DNA of 64,000 nucleotides from contig JANJGN010000071.1 in the NCBI GenBank assembly GCA_026770705.1, forward strand, positions 1,612,001 to 1,676,000, written 5' to 3'. The position numbers and the translations under genes were made by a program. Within the stretch, counting starts at the first letter, position 1. Each line of letters starts with the position of its first letter. This DNA comes from Isurus oxyrinchus (taxonomy: Eukaryota). The notes under the pieces were generated by a model. That model searched no databases. It saw only the letters and a list, made by a program, of their open reading frames with translations, and was not told the DNA's origin. Positions 1 through 13,529 of this stretch are shown piece after piece.

Positions 1-2091
1 CCTCACTTTTCTGGTTTCTCAAATATTCGCAATCTCCAGCCTATCACTAAGCATCCCAACATTGCCGGCTTTATCTCACAATTGGATACCGTCCTTAGCT
101 TCCTGAGTTAGCCGCCGATGCTCCATCCTTTTTATAGATTCTTTCTTTCTTACTGGAAAATATCTTCATTGGCATTTATGAAACATCTCTTTAGACACCT
201 GTTACTCCTCATCTACACCCCCCCCCCCCTTAAACCTGCTGTCCCACTCTACTTGGGCTGACTCTACTTTTAACCCTTGTAATTGCCTTTAGTTAAGTTT
301 ATGACACTAGCTTCAGACCCAAGTTTCCAAATTGAATATTAAATTTCAACACCGTATGATTACTCTTCCCTTGAGGGTCCTTTACAATGAGATGTTAATT
401 AGTCTTGTCTCATTAAACATTGCCAGGACTAAAACAGCCTCTACCCTGGTTGGTTCCATGTTGCATTGTTCTCAAATACTGTCCTGAATACAATCTGTAT
501 AACCTCGCTGAAAGCTACATTTGCTAATCTGATTTGTCTAATCCATATGACGATTGAAAACTCCCATGATTAATGTGGTGCCTTTCTCACAGACCTCCTC
601 ATGTATTGATTTATAATCTACCCCTGCAGTGTAACTACTGTCAGGGGGGAGTATAAACCAACCCACCAGTGATTTCTTTCCCTTGCAATTCCTTATGTTC
701 ACCCAAACTGACTGTGCATCTTGACATCTGAGCCAAAATCATTTCTCACTACTTTACAGGTCTCATCTTTTATTAAGAGAGCTACCCCACCTCCTTTTCA
801 TTTTTCCTATCCTTTCAAAGATTCCAAATATCCTTCAATTTTCAATTTCCAACCTTGGTCACTTTGCAACCAACTCTCTGCAGTGTCCATCTTATCGTAC
901 CCATTAATCTCTATTTGTGCTATAACTTCATTCATTTGTTCCAACTTTATATTTTATATATTCATTCTTCCATGGGAAGTGGGCATCACTGGCTAGGCCA
1001 GCATTTATGGCCCATCCCTAATTACCTTGAGAAGGTGGTGGTGAGCTGCCTTCCTGAACCTCTGCACTCCATGTGGTGTAGGTACACCCACAATGCAGTT
1101 AGAGAAGGAAGTCCAAGATTTTGACCCTAGTGGCAGTGAAGGAATGGCGATATATTTCAAAATCAGGATGATGTGTGTCTTGGAGGCGAACTTCCAGGTG
1201 GTGGTGTCTGGGCATTTCAATCCCTTGTGACAATAAATGTAATATTATAGAAAATGCAAAGGCTTCTTGTAATCTATCACAGAATAAACAAGTTGCAGAA
1301 TTCAGAAAGCACTTTCTGAAATGTCAACAAAGTTCAGTGACATCACATTTCTGCTAATTACTATTCGGCCATGTTGGCTGCACGCAGTCAGGCAGTCCCT
1401 CGGTTGTGATGTGTCCACACAGCAGTACTGGGATGCATCAGCATCAAAGGACATGCTTAGTTGTTGCCGTGCAATGCATTTATTGCGAGGCTGTTGCACA
1501 CACGCCCTGTCGATGGACCCTCCGAATTACCATTCTGAATCGAGGCAAATCAACTTTCCTGCAACAACTTGCATTTATATGGCACACTTAATGTAACAAA
1601 CTGTCCCAAATCTCTTCAGGGGATTGTTACCTACATATAAATCCATCTCAGAGACACATAATGAGGTATTAGGGACAGGTGACAAAAAGCTGATTTCACA
1701 AAGCCAGTTAATNNNNNNNNNNNNNNNNNNNNNNNNNNNNNNNNNNNNNNNNNNNNNNNNNNNNNNNNNNNNNNNNNNNNNNNNNNNNNNNNNNNNNNNN
1801 NNNNNNNNNNNNNNNNNNNNNNNNNNNNNNNNNNNNNNNNNNNNNNNNNNNNNNNNNNNNNNNNNNNNNNNNNNNNNNNNNNNNNNNNNNNNACTGAATC
1901 TCTGTCCCCAATGACTCAGCATCAAGTCGTCACTGGGGAAACATTTCATTCCAAACCACACCAACCACAGACCCATTCAGTCCCTTCCTCCCTCTCTCCC
2001 CCTCTCCCCCAGTGGGTTGTCTCATGTTCCCAAGAATCTTCATCCCTGCCACCATCCACAAACCTCCTGACCACCTCTGCCTTTTTCACGC

Positions 2092-2340
2092 TCAGTTTCT
2101 CTTGAATCTGATCTGTGCGTATTCCGTCTGCTCTTCCCTGTGGACAGACCCATCACCACTGGGCACCCTGAAGACTTGGGGATTGGCGTAGAGAAACTCG
2201 TCGGGATTGTCGGGGTTCCCATGTCCAGCATTGCCTCCCACTGCACATTCAGAGACACCCCGGGGAGCTGGGGTCTCCCCCTCGCTAGTTGTGTCTCTGG
2301 TTGTGTTCCGGGGCTCAGTAATCAGCACGTTCTGTTTACC
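2092..2340 (-). other. Orphan paralogous terminal cytoplasmic exon (FLYANP / TEYAQI)
   Basis: Same length/acceptor/frame as 21858-22106; downstream 1235-1385 is homologous to the main gene's 3' flank 21675-21830. Confidence 0.8.
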
Positions 2341-2895
2341 CTACAGAGAAATGGAAACAGAAGGCATCCTCACATCATTTACTGGCACTGATAGGGTTAA
2401 AATATTCTGCAGCCTCGTTAGTGTCAGTCGTGGGTCAGTGGGTTTAACCCTCTCTCACATGTCTTATGAAAGAAAACGCCTATGGCAGTGCAGTGCTCCC
2501 TCAGTACTGACCCTTCGATAGTGCAGCACTTCCTCAATGCTGACCATCCAACAGTGCAGCACTCCCTCAGTACTGACCCTCCGACAGTGCAGCGCTCCCT
2601 CAGTACTGACCCTCCAGCAGTGCAGCGCTCCCTCAGTACTGACCCTCCGACAGTACAGGTCTTCCTCAGTACTGACCCTCTGACAGTGCAACACTCCCTC
2701 AGTACTGACCCTCTGACAGTGCAGCACTCCCTCAGTACTGACCCTCTGTCAGTCTCGCACTCCCTTGGTAATGGCTCTGGCGAGTGTCGGCTTGGATTCT
2801 GCACTCAGGTGCCTGGTGTGAGGCTCAATAACATGAATCTTGTAATCAGAGAGAGGATGAGAGAGAGAGAGAGAGATGAAGGGTCAGAGACTGAG

Positions 2896-3653
2896 CGTTA
2901 TGAATCTATTAATGTATGTATTGTAATTGGAAATTGTCTTTTTAAACAGAGGTTTAGTCTGTGGGTGTGTGTGTGTGTGTTTTAATTGGATTAAAGCCAG
3001 CCGGTCTGGGTACTTTTATGTATAGTAGTTTTGAGATGTAAACAAAGAGGTAAAGAGGCATATTGCATTTTTAAAAGGAGGATTCAAAGCCTGGGAGTGA
3101 ATTCTTAAACCAATCAATGTTTATATTACTAATAAAATTGATACTATGAAACGGGATTTATAGTTAGAAGAGATGGAGATCAAAGGTCCTGATGATACAA
3201 TGAGAATTTACATTCAAAGAGAAGAGCTGGGTATAACTTGAGCAGTTTTGTGTGTGCAGAGCAGAGGCTTGTAACATCAAAGCAGCTGTAAGCCTACACC
3301 TGTCTGCAAAGGAACCAAAGTGAAAGGAACCTCATTTGGAATTTGTGAGGTGAAAATGCTTCGCTTGGAATCTGCTTAAAGTCTATGGGTTGTCTTAGAG
3401 GACGTTAGTTTGGGAATTTGCTAAAAAGTTATGATAGAACTAGCTTGCAGCCATGTGCATATGATTAACTTGTGAAAATTAATAAATGTCTCATGTAGTT
3501 TGATATAAACCCATCTCAAGAACTGATGGTCTTATTCCTGAATTTAGAGCTGTATCTCAAACATTCCACTGGGAAATATAGGTTATGACAATTGTTTAAA
3601 GTTTCCCTCTGGGATTTTAAACAACAGCCTTTACCAGTTGCTGTGTCATAACA
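2896..3653 (+). mobile_element. Solo LTR-like element in the intron between orphan cytoplasmic exons
   Basis: Inverted termini (C)GTTATGA...TCATAACA; absent from the homologous intron at ~22950; same family as 43449-44265. Confidence 0.7.
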
Positions 3654-3788
3654 GAGAGACAGCATGATACTGAACCATTGCTGACTCCACAGGTACAAAT
3701 CAGTGGGTAACTGGGCTGGGAATCTGGGACATGTGTTGTCTACACACTGAGATAGAAGCTTTGGAGTGAGTGTAAACAGCTCCTGTAC

Positions 3789-3870
3789 CTGGTGTTTCAC
3801 AGAGAGTGGACTGGGGGTCAATACAATGTCACTGGTCCCTGAAACTCTCTCCTCCATCGCTGTTTTTCTC
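3789..3870 (-). other. Orphan paralogous cytoplasmic exon 1
   Basis: 82-nt homolog of 23126-23207 with intact AG and GT. Confidence 0.78.
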
Positions 3871-3999
3871 CTGTAATAACAAAATATCACACTGTGGTTA
3901 TCATATAGCAGAGAGTCAGTGTAGCACAGACACAGAGCCCACTGTAATCTTAGACCAACGACTGGGACTGTCTCTTTAAATCAGTTCTATACAAAGCAC

Positions 4000-4470
4000 A
4001 GAATCAAGAAGCTTGACACCATCCAGGACAAAGCAGCCCGATTGATCTACACCCCATCCCCCACATTAAACATTCACTCCCTCCACAACGAACACACAGT
4101 GGAAGCAGTGTGTGTACCATCTACAAGATGCACTGCAGCAACTCAGCAAGGCTCCTTCAACAGCACCTTCCAAACCCACGACCTCTACCATCTAGAAGGA
4201 CAAGGGCAGCAGACACATGGGAACACCACCACCTGGAAGTTCCCCTCCAAGCCACTCACCATCCTGACTTGGAAATATATCATCGTTCCTTCACTGTCAC
4301 TGGGTCAAAATCCTGGAACTCCCTCCCTAACAGCACTGTGGGTGTACCTACACCACATGGACTGCAGCGGGTCAAGAAGGCTGATCACCACCACCTTCTC
4401 AAGGGCAATTAGGGATGGGCATTAATGCTGGCATCACCAGTGACAGCCACATTCGATGTAAGAATTAAAA
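4000..4470 (+). mobile_element. LINE 3' end fragment (dup. ~48995-49465; same family on minus at 960-1210 and 45955-46205)
   Basis: TIQDKAARLI..SKSWNSLP..HHHLLKGN C-terminal ORF2 signature recurring in the window. Confidence 0.75.
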
Positions 4471-4789
4471 ATCTCACAGCTCAATGTATTTATTGGGATC
4501 CTCCTGCACACACGCCCTGTCGAAGGAGCCTTTGTGGTTCCATTGTTAATCGAAGCAGATCAGACTTACTGCAACTACTTGCATTTATATAGCACCTTTA
4601 ATGTAGCAAAATGTCCCAAGGCTCATCCGGGAATTGTTAGTCACATCTTCACCTGACTCTGAGGCACATGAGGAGATATAAGGGACAGGAGACCAACAGC
4701 TGAGTCAACAAAGTCAGTTATTAACGGGCATCTTAAAGGAGGAGCTGGAGATAGAGAATGAGTGACAGACACAGAAAGAAAGACAAAGA

Positions 4790-4826
<37 letters not shown>

Positions 4827-5023
4827 TGAATCTCTATCCCCAGTGGCTCAGCATCCAGTCCTCTCTGGAGAAGCATTTCATTCCAAACCACACCAACCGC
4901 AGCCCAATCGCATCCCTTCCTCCCTCTCTCCCCCTCTCCCCCAGTGCGTTGTTTCCTGTTCCCAGGAATCTCAATCACTACCCCCACCCCCACACCTCCT
5001 CACTCCCACTCCCCATTTCTCAT

Positions 5024-5272
5024 TCAGTTATGCTCGAACCTGATCTGTGCGTATTCCGTCTCCTCTTCCCTGTGGACAGACCCATCATCACTGGACATCC
5101 TCAATACTTGGGGATTGGCGTAGAGAAGGCCGTTGGGATTGTCGATGTGCCAATGTCCAGCATCGCCTCCCAATGCACCTTCAGAGAGACCCCGGGGAGC
5201 TGGGGTCTCCCCCTCACTAGTTGTGTCTCTGGTTGTGTTCCGGGGCTCAGTAATCAGCACGTTCTGTTTACC
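5024..5272 (-). other. Orphan paralogous terminal cytoplasmic exon (LLYANP / TEYAQI)
   Basis: Same length, acceptor and frame as 21858-22106; open to the homologous stop. Confidence 0.8.
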
Positions 5273-7506
5273 CTACAGAGAAATGGAAACAGAAGACATC
5301 CTCACATTATTTACTGGCACTGATAGGGTTAAATTATTGAGCAGCCTCATTAGTGTCAGTCTTGTCTCAGTGGGTTTAACCCTCTCTCTCATGTCATCTG
5401 AAAGAAACCACCTATGGCAGTGCAGTGCTCCCTCAGTACTGACCCCCCCGACTGTGCAGCACATCCTCAATAGTGACCCTCTGTCAGTCTCACACTCCCT
5501 CATTACTGACCCTCTGTCAGTCTCACACTCCCTCTGTACAGTGCAGCACTTCCTTAGCACTGACCCTCTGACAGTGCAGCACTTCCTTAGCACTGACCCT
5601 CTGACAGTGCAGCACTCCCTCGGAACTGACCCTCCATCAGTGCAGCGCTCACTCAGTACTGACCCTCCAACAGTGCAGCACTCCCTTAGCACTGACCCTC
5701 TGACAGTGCAGCACTCACTCAGTACTGACCCTCCATCAGTGCAGCACTCCCTTAGCCCTGACCCTCTGACAGTGCAGCACTCCCTCAGTACTGACCGTCT
5801 GACAATGCAGCACCCCCTCAGTACTGACCCTCCGACTGTGCAGTCCCCCGCCGGTACTGACCCTCTGACAGTGCAGCACTCCAAGACTGACCGTCTGACA
5901 ATGCAGCACCCCCTCAGTACTGACCCTCCGACTGTCCTGCCCCCCCGCCGGTACTGACCCTCCGACAGCTCGGTAATTTCTCAATTATGCCTGGTGGTCC
6001 TTTTAACTCAGAGCTGAGAGTTGCAGAGAATCGAGCACACATCCTGAACTGACACTTGCAGTGCAAGTACTGGGAGCGCGCTGGTCATTATCATGCTGCT
6101 GTCTGTGGGATCTTACTGTGCGCCAATGGCTGATTCTTTTCCCACAGTACATCAGTGACCTCACATGAAAGAAAAAAACCACTTGATTGTCTGCGAAACA
6201 CTTTGGGACGTCCTGATGTGTTGGAAGGCGCTAGAGAAATGCAAGTCCTCTTTGTCTTTCACTCGATCCTCTAAGGTGTCTGTTGATTAACCAGCCTCTC
6301 GGTGTTTGATGTAGGCCTGGTTATAAACAGTTAGAAGGATCAAATATCAAAAGTGCTTTGGCTGACAGTCAAACCGATTGTGCATTCGGAGAGATTAGAT
6401 ACGGTCTGCACACAATGACTCCAGTCTCTGGCACTGACTGCCGCCTGGGGTCTCCCTTCCACATAACACTCACAACTTGCATTTACACAGCGCCTCTGAT
6501 ATTGCAAAATGTCCCAGCCCACATTACCGGAGCGTAAATCAGAGAGAAGTCTAACACTGAGTCACATATGGAGATATTAGGGATAGGTGACCAAAAGCTT
6601 GGTCAAAGATGTCAGTTTTTAAGGAGCGTCTTAAAGGAGAGAGAGAGAGAGAGGCAGAGAGGTTAAGGGAGGGTATTCCGGAGCTCAGGGCCCCAGGCAG
6701 CTGAAGGCACGGCCACCAATGGTGGAGCGATGGGAATCAGGGGGACCCGGGAGATGCAGTAATGTCAGAGATTTTGGAGGAACATCGGGACCGGAGGAGG
6801 TGTTCTCCTGCTCCATATCTCTCTCTCTCTTCCTCTCATCCACTCCTCCTCTCCCTGTCTCTCTCTCTCCTACTCTTCCTCTCAATTGCCCTCTCTCCCA
6901 ATCTTTCACTCCTCTCTCCCTTTTCCTGTCTCTCTCCCTCTCTCTCCCCTGTCTCCTTCTCCCACTCTGTATCTCTCCCTCTCTCTCACACTATTTTTGT
7001 ACCTTTCGCTCACTCTGTAACTCTCCCTTTCCTGTTAATTTCTCTCTCTTGGACAATCTCTCTTCCCTTTTCACTTTCCCTCACTCCGCATCTCTTCTTT
7101 AATTTCTCCCTCTGTCACTCTCTCCCACCTATGTTCTTTCCCTTTCACCCCTCCCCGTCCCACTCTCTGTCTCTCTCTTCCAATCCCTCCCTCCCCCATT
7201 CCATCCCTCTCTCCGACTCTCGACTCCCAGCCTCTCTTTAACCCACTCCCAGGCTGGATCAGTCTCCCTCTCACTATTCCCGGCGTGGGTTACATTTAAA
7301 ATTCCTGTGGGGATATGTTCACTTCCTTGGAATTGCCTCTTCCCAGCTTTGCAAAAAAAGGGGTGGCGGGGGGGGTTCGATTTCAAACATGCCTCCTGAG
7401 TATAACCGAGACAGACTGCCACTGAAATCAGCTTGAAATCAGAAAACTTTCTGTGGAAGAAACGAGCAGGGAGAAACCTTAAAATAAGGAATGAATTTCC
7501 ACCTAC

Positions 7507-9946
7507 CGTGTCCGGGGAATCCACAGATTTCTCAATCGTCGAAGAACCTAAAGCAGTGTCAACCTGCAAAAAGAAAGAATTTATCAGGGAGAAAGTGAGA
7601 GGAGGATTGAGGGAGAGGGAGAGAGAGAGAGAGAGGTACAGGAGAGAGAGGGGGAGGAGGACAGACTTGCATTTCTCTAACGCCTTTCACCACATCCCAA
7701 AGCATTTCACAGCCACTGAAGGATGTTTTTGAAGTGCACTCACACTGTAGGAAATGTGGCAGCTGATTTGTGCACAGCAAGATCCCACAAATAGCAATGT
7801 GATCATGGCCTAGATCATCTGTTTTTGGTGATGTTGGGTGAGGGATAAATATTGGTCCCAGGACACCGGGGAGTACACCCCCTGCTCTTCCTCCAAATAG
7901 TGGCTGTGGGATCTTTCACACCCGCCCGAGAGGGCAGACGGGGGACTCAGTTTAATGTCTCATTCAACATTGTTGTGCTCCCTCAGTACTAACCCTTTGA
8001 CACTGCAGCACTCCCTCAGTACTAACCCTTCGATAGTGCTGCGCTCCCTCAGTACTGTCCCTCCATCAGTGCAGCTCTATTTCAGTACTAACCCTTCGAC
8101 ACAGCAGCACTCCCTCAGTACTGACCTCCGACAGTATAGCACTCCCTCAGTGCTGTCCCTCCAATAGTGCAACACTTCCACACTACTGACCCTCTGAGAG
8201 TGCAGCACTCCCTCAGCACGGAGCGTTGATCTACATTATGGGACTGAATACCCTGGAGTGAGACTCAGACCAGTGATTTAGGTAGGGTTGTGGGGGTTGG
8301 AGGAGGTTACAGAGATAGGGAGGGCTGTAGAGGCTGTAGGAGGTTACAGAGAAAGGGAGGGTTGTAAGGGCTGTAGGAAGTTACAGAGATAGGGAGTGTT
8401 GTAGAGGCTGTAGGAGGTTACAGAGATAGGGAAAGTTGTAGGGGCTGGAGGAGGTTACAGAGATAGGGAGGGTTGTAGGGGCTGGAGGAGGTTACAGAAA
8501 TAGGGAGGGTTGTAGGGGCTGGAGGAGGTTACAGAGATAGGGAGGGTTGTAGGGGCTGGAGGAGGTTACAGAAATAGGGAGGGCTGTAGAGGCTGTAGGA
8601 GGTTACAGAGATAGGGAGGGTTGTAAGGGCTGTAGGAAGTTACAGAGATAGGGAGGGTTGTAGAGGCTGTAGGAGGTTACAGAGATGGTGGAGTTGTGGG
8701 GGCTGGAGGAGGTTACAGAGGTAGGGAGGTGTGTAGGGGCTGTAGGAGGTTACAGAGATGGGGTGGTTGTGGGGGCTGGAGGAGGTTACAGATGTAGGGA
8801 GGGTTGTAGAGGCTGGAGGAGGTTACCAAAATAGACACTGCTGTAGGGGCCACAGTAGGTTACAGAGATAGGGAGAGTTATAGTGTGGAGAGGAGGTTAT
8901 AGAGTTCAGGAGGATTGTAGGGGCTGGAGGAGGTTACAGTGATTGTGAGGGTTGTGGGGCCTGGAGGATTTTACAGAGATAGGGAGGGTTGTAGGGTCTG
9001 GAGCAGGTTACAGAGATAGGGAGGGTTGTAGGGTCTGGAGCAGGTTACAGAGATAGGGAGGGTTGTAGGGTCTGGAGCAGGTTACAGAGATAGGGAGGGT
9101 TGTAGGGTCTGGAGGAGGTTACAGTGATCGTGAGGGTTGTGGGGCCTGGGGGAGGTTACAGAGATAGGGAGTGTTGTGGGGACTGTAGGAGGTTACATAG
9201 ATAGGGAGGGTTGTCGGGTCTGGAGGAGGTTACAGAGATAGGGAGGGTTATAGGGACTGGAGGAGGTTACAGAGATAGGGAGGGTTGTAGAGACTGTAGG
9301 ATGTTACAGAGATAGGGATTGTTGTAGGGGCTGGAGGATGTTACAGAGATAGGGAGGGTTGTAGGGGCTGGAGGAGGTTACAGAGATAGGGAGGGTTGTA
9401 GGGGCTGGAGGAGGTTACAGAGATAGGGAGGGTTGCACGGGCTGGAGGAGGTTACAGAGATAGGGAGTGTTGTAGGGGCTGGAGGAAGTTACAGAGATAG
9501 GGAGGGTAGTAGGGGCTGGAGGAGGTTACAGAGATAGGGAGGGTTGTAGGGGCTGGAGGAAGTTACAGAGATAGGGAGGGTTGTAGGGGCTGGAGGATTT
9601 TACAGAGATAGGGAGGGTTGTAAGGCCTGGAGGAGGTTACAGAGATAGGGAGTGGCTGAGGAGGGATTGAAAACAAGAATGAGAATTTCAGGGGAAATGA
9701 CAGAAGGAAATGATGTTAAATTCATAGAGGGCGACAATATTAAAGGCACGAACATAATAATATCAAACTGCGGAAGAGACCAGTCTATCTGGGTGGTAGA
9801 CGTAGAGTCATGTGCAAGAAACACCTCACCCAGAGGGACATCTCTTAGCTTAACCTCGACAAGGAGAAGAAGTGACTCAGCTGCAGGGAGAGCAGCAAAG
9901 TCAGAGTGAACAAGACAAGTCGCCATTTCATCTGGGAGCTTCCCAT
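7507..9946 (-). pseudogene. Duplicate of the unidentified signal-peptide exon pair (9854-9946 and 7507-7563), donor mutated GT->TT
   Basis: Same peptides as the 54/52-kb copy; the change at position 9853 destroys the donor. Confidence 0.4.
8280..9650 (+). repeat. 37-bp G-rich minisatellite (AGATAGGGAGGGTTGTAGGGGCTGGAGGAGGTTACAG)n
   Basis: Direct reading; paralog 53180-53995 is ~550 bp shorter. Confidence 0.95.
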
Positions 9947-10614
9947 CTCTGCCTGTCTCTTCTGATCTTCTGGCTCTGCTTTGATGCTTTGGTTTGTAAC
10001 TAGAGGAGCTTCCTGCTCTTATACCTGAAACACTTGAAGGGGACAGCCGGGGGCGGGTTGCTGTGTGGTATCACACCCATTTCTGGATATTGCAGGGTCG
10101 ATGTTCCCTGTCCCACTGGCCTGGGACCAGCAGTAAGGTCACTGGGACATTGACTGTCTGGCGCCGAGAACTATCAGTCCCTCCGCAACGCCCTTCACCT
10201 TGTGCAAATATGTGTTCATATTGATGCAACACAACATAGCAAAAACATAGGGGCTGGTTCTTATGTCGGCAAATCAGGTGAAGCGCACGCCCCCTAACCC
10301 CTTACTCCTCTCATTGCTCCTCCTTCCTGCCAGACACTTACTATTTTACAAATTGTGTGCGTTGCTTTTATTTCGGACAAGGGACCTCGAGGGGGAACTG
10401 ATTTACGCTGAGGTTTAGGGGTTAACAGCCATGTCATGTGTTGATCGGTCAGTGTTTACCATGTGGAGATTGTCTGTCACCAGCTTTGTTAATGGTTTAT
10501 CCAGGAACATTGAAGGGCATGAACGTTCTTGCTTTGTATGGAACAAGTTACCAACTGGGTTCAGTCATCGACTCAGACTCACATCAACATAAACTGGCTT
10601 CTGACAGGTAAGTT

Positions 10615-11230
10615 TCTATTACATAAGGGTAGGAGGAGGCCATTTGGCCCCTCGAGCCTGCTCCACCGTTCAAAGAGTGCATGGCTGATCTGCAAACTAG
10701 CCCCATATGCCTTTGTCCCATCTCCTTTAATACCTTTGGATAACAAAAATCTATCAGTCTCACAGGTTTAAAATGAACAACTTGATCGTGCATCAGTTCC
10801 TGTTTGGGGAAGAGAGTTCCAAATTTCTCCCACCCTTTGTACTTCCTAATTTAATTCCTTTTTAGGCTCTGACCCCGAGTCCCAGACTCCCCCCAACCAG
10901 GGGAAATGGTTTCTCTTTATCGCCCCCGATCTGTTCCCCTTATTATCATGCGAACTTTCATCAAATCTCCTGCTTAACATTCTAACTTCCAGGGAATACA
11001 AGCCGAGTTTGTGTTTAATCTCTCCTTGTGATTTAACCCTTGGAGTCCCGGTCTCATTCTGGTAAATCGACACTGCTCTCCCTCCGAGGTCAATATATCC
11101 TTCCTAAGGTGTGGGGCCCAGAATGTCTCACAGTGACTCCAGGTGTGGTCTAGCCAGGGCTTTATGTAGACTGAAGCATGACCTCTGCCCCCTTATATTC
11201 TAATCCGTGAGATAGAAAGGGCAGAGTTCC
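10615..11230 (-). mobile_element. CR1 LINE 3' fragment (dup. ~54945-55575)
   Basis: KLGLYSLE.R.L, GLEYKG.EVM remnants. Confidence 0.7.
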
Positions 11231-12799
11231 AGAATTGTTGTGTTTATTCGACAACAGAATAACAGAGGAAGGTTTCCTCTCTGCCCTCTTCAGCCCCACT
11301 GGGAAGGTCAGGATGAGAAGGTTGGGCTGGGTCCCCTGTACTGGACACTCGCTGAATCTTCCAATGATAGTTCTGGGCTGGATTTCAAAACGCATAGACA
11401 AGGATTCAGTGTTCCATCACATTCTACCTTTGTCTCTTTTCCTCTCGTTCTCTTTCTCTACCATCCTCTGTCTCTATCTATCTATCTTTCTCCTCATTCT
11501 CTCCTGCTTCATCTCTATCACTTTCTTTCTACTTCTTTGTGTGTCTCTGTCTGTCTCTCTCTCTCACTCTTTCTTTCCTTGTCCTTATCTCTTTCAGTGT
11601 CTCCCTCTTTCTCTCTCTCTCTCTCTCTCTAAATGTGACCCTCTCTAACAGTTTGGCCCAGTACTCTTATTTCCCTGTTTTACTGGTGTTCCATTTGAAG
11701 GTATACAAGACCAGATCAGACCAGAATGTTTATTTTCCAGTGTTTACTGTGTTTTTTTCATTCTGGGTGTCTCTCGACTCTGTCTGTCCCTCTCTGTCCT
11801 TTTATTTCATTCTTTCATGTGATGTGGACATCACTGCCTAGGCCAACATTTATTGCCCAACCCTAATTGCCCTTGTTCAGAGGCCACTTTTTAAAAGTGA
11901 ACCACATTGCTGTGGGTCTGGAGTCACATGTAGGCCAGACCAGGTAAGGACAGCAGATTTCCCTCCCTAAAGGGCATTTGTGACCCAAATACAAGAATCA
12001 GCAATGGTTTCCTGGTCATCATCGGACTTTTAATTCCAGGTTTTTATTGAATTGAAATTCCACCAACTGCTGTGGTGAGATTCTAACCAGGGTCCCAGGA
12101 CCATTACGCTGGGTCTCTGGATTACTGGTCCAGTGAAAATACCATCAGGCCAACACCTCCCCACTCTTCCCTTCCACCATCTTTCACACTTGTTCTCTCT
12201 CTCTCTCACTCTCCTTCTCTCTTCTCCCTCTCTCAGTCGCTGTCTGTCTCTCAATCTCTCTATCGCTCTCTATCTCCTGGAGGCTCTCTCTCTGACTGTC
12301 TCCCTCCCTATATCTGTAACCTCCTCTCTCTCTCCCTTTCCTCCAGCCCCTACAACCCTCCCTAAGGCAGCCTCCACCTGCCTCTACAATCCTCCCCATC
12401 TCTGTAACCACCTTCAACCCCTACACCCCTCCCTATATCTGTAACCACCTCCAACCCCCACAACCCTCCCCATCTCTGTAACCACCTTCAACCCCTACAG
12501 CCCTCCCTATACCTGTAACCTCCTCCAGCCCCTGTAACCCTCCCTATCTCTTGAAGGGTTCTCAAAATTCCCACATTTTCCATATCATCAACAAGGATAT
12601 CACTTTTGCACCTTTAAACTGCTGAGTTAAGTGGAAAACCCTGCAGACAGGAGGCTGGGCCCATGAAGGCCCAAAACCAGTTGTCTGCTGCACTTTGTGA
12701 CAAGCCCCGAATAAGTCCAAGGTCTAGAACCCAGGGAGTGGGAGTGATTCAGACGGCTCAGAAGTCGCAGGTGAAGCTGACACACACCACCACACCCTA

Positions 12800-13295
12800 C
12801 AAGGGGCTGAATGGCCTCCTCCTGTTCCTGTGTAATGGGCATCAGTGGCTGAATGGGCCTCGTCCTTTTTCTGTGTAACAGGCTCAATAGGGCTGAATGG
12901 GCCTCCTCCTGTTCTTGTGTAACAGGCTCGAGGGGGCTGAATGGGCCTCCTCCTGTTCCTGTGTAACAGGCTTGAGGAGCTAAATGGGCCTCCTTCCGTT
13001 CCTGTGTAACAGACATCAGTGGCTGAATGGGCTTGCTCCTGTTCCTGTGTAACAGTCTTGAGGGGGCTGAATGGCCTCTTCCTGTATCTGTGTAATAGGC
13101 TCAATGGGCTGAATGGCCCCCTTCTGTTCCTGTGTAACAGTCTTGAGGGGGCTGAATGGCCTCTTCCTGTATCTGTGTAATAGGCTCAATGGGCTGAATG
13201 GCCCCCTTCTGTTCCTGTGTAACAGTCTCGAGGGGGCTGAATGGCCTCCTCCTGTTCCTGTGTAACAGGCTCAAGGGGCTGAATGGCCTCCTTCT
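12800..13295 (+). repeat. ~40-bp minisatellite (GGGCTGAATGGCCTCCTCCTGTTCCTGTGTAACAGGCTC..)n
   Basis: About a dozen diverged tandem units resembling a CR1 3' tail. Confidence 0.85.
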
Positions 13296-13529
13296 GCACT
13301 GTAAACTTGTTGTGATACTGTAACTGCCTCTTTGGTTTCATTCAGCTGAATCTTCAGCTCTTCAGTCTCTTCCTTGTATCTCTTGCCTTCCTCCTGGAAC
13401 ATTGGACATGGTTGGGTCTTCCCTGCCAACTGTTTCTTCAGTTTGCTCAGAGCGGAACAGAATTCGCTTTCTTTCTCTTCAGGATTTTCCAGTGGAACCA
13501 ACTCTGACCTGAGGGACACTTGCAGCCTG

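Noticed and set aside
5273-7506. Hepcidin-type Cys-rich third exon for the small phase-0 gene
   Set aside because: Scanned by eye; no polybasic site followed by an 8-Cys peptide was found.
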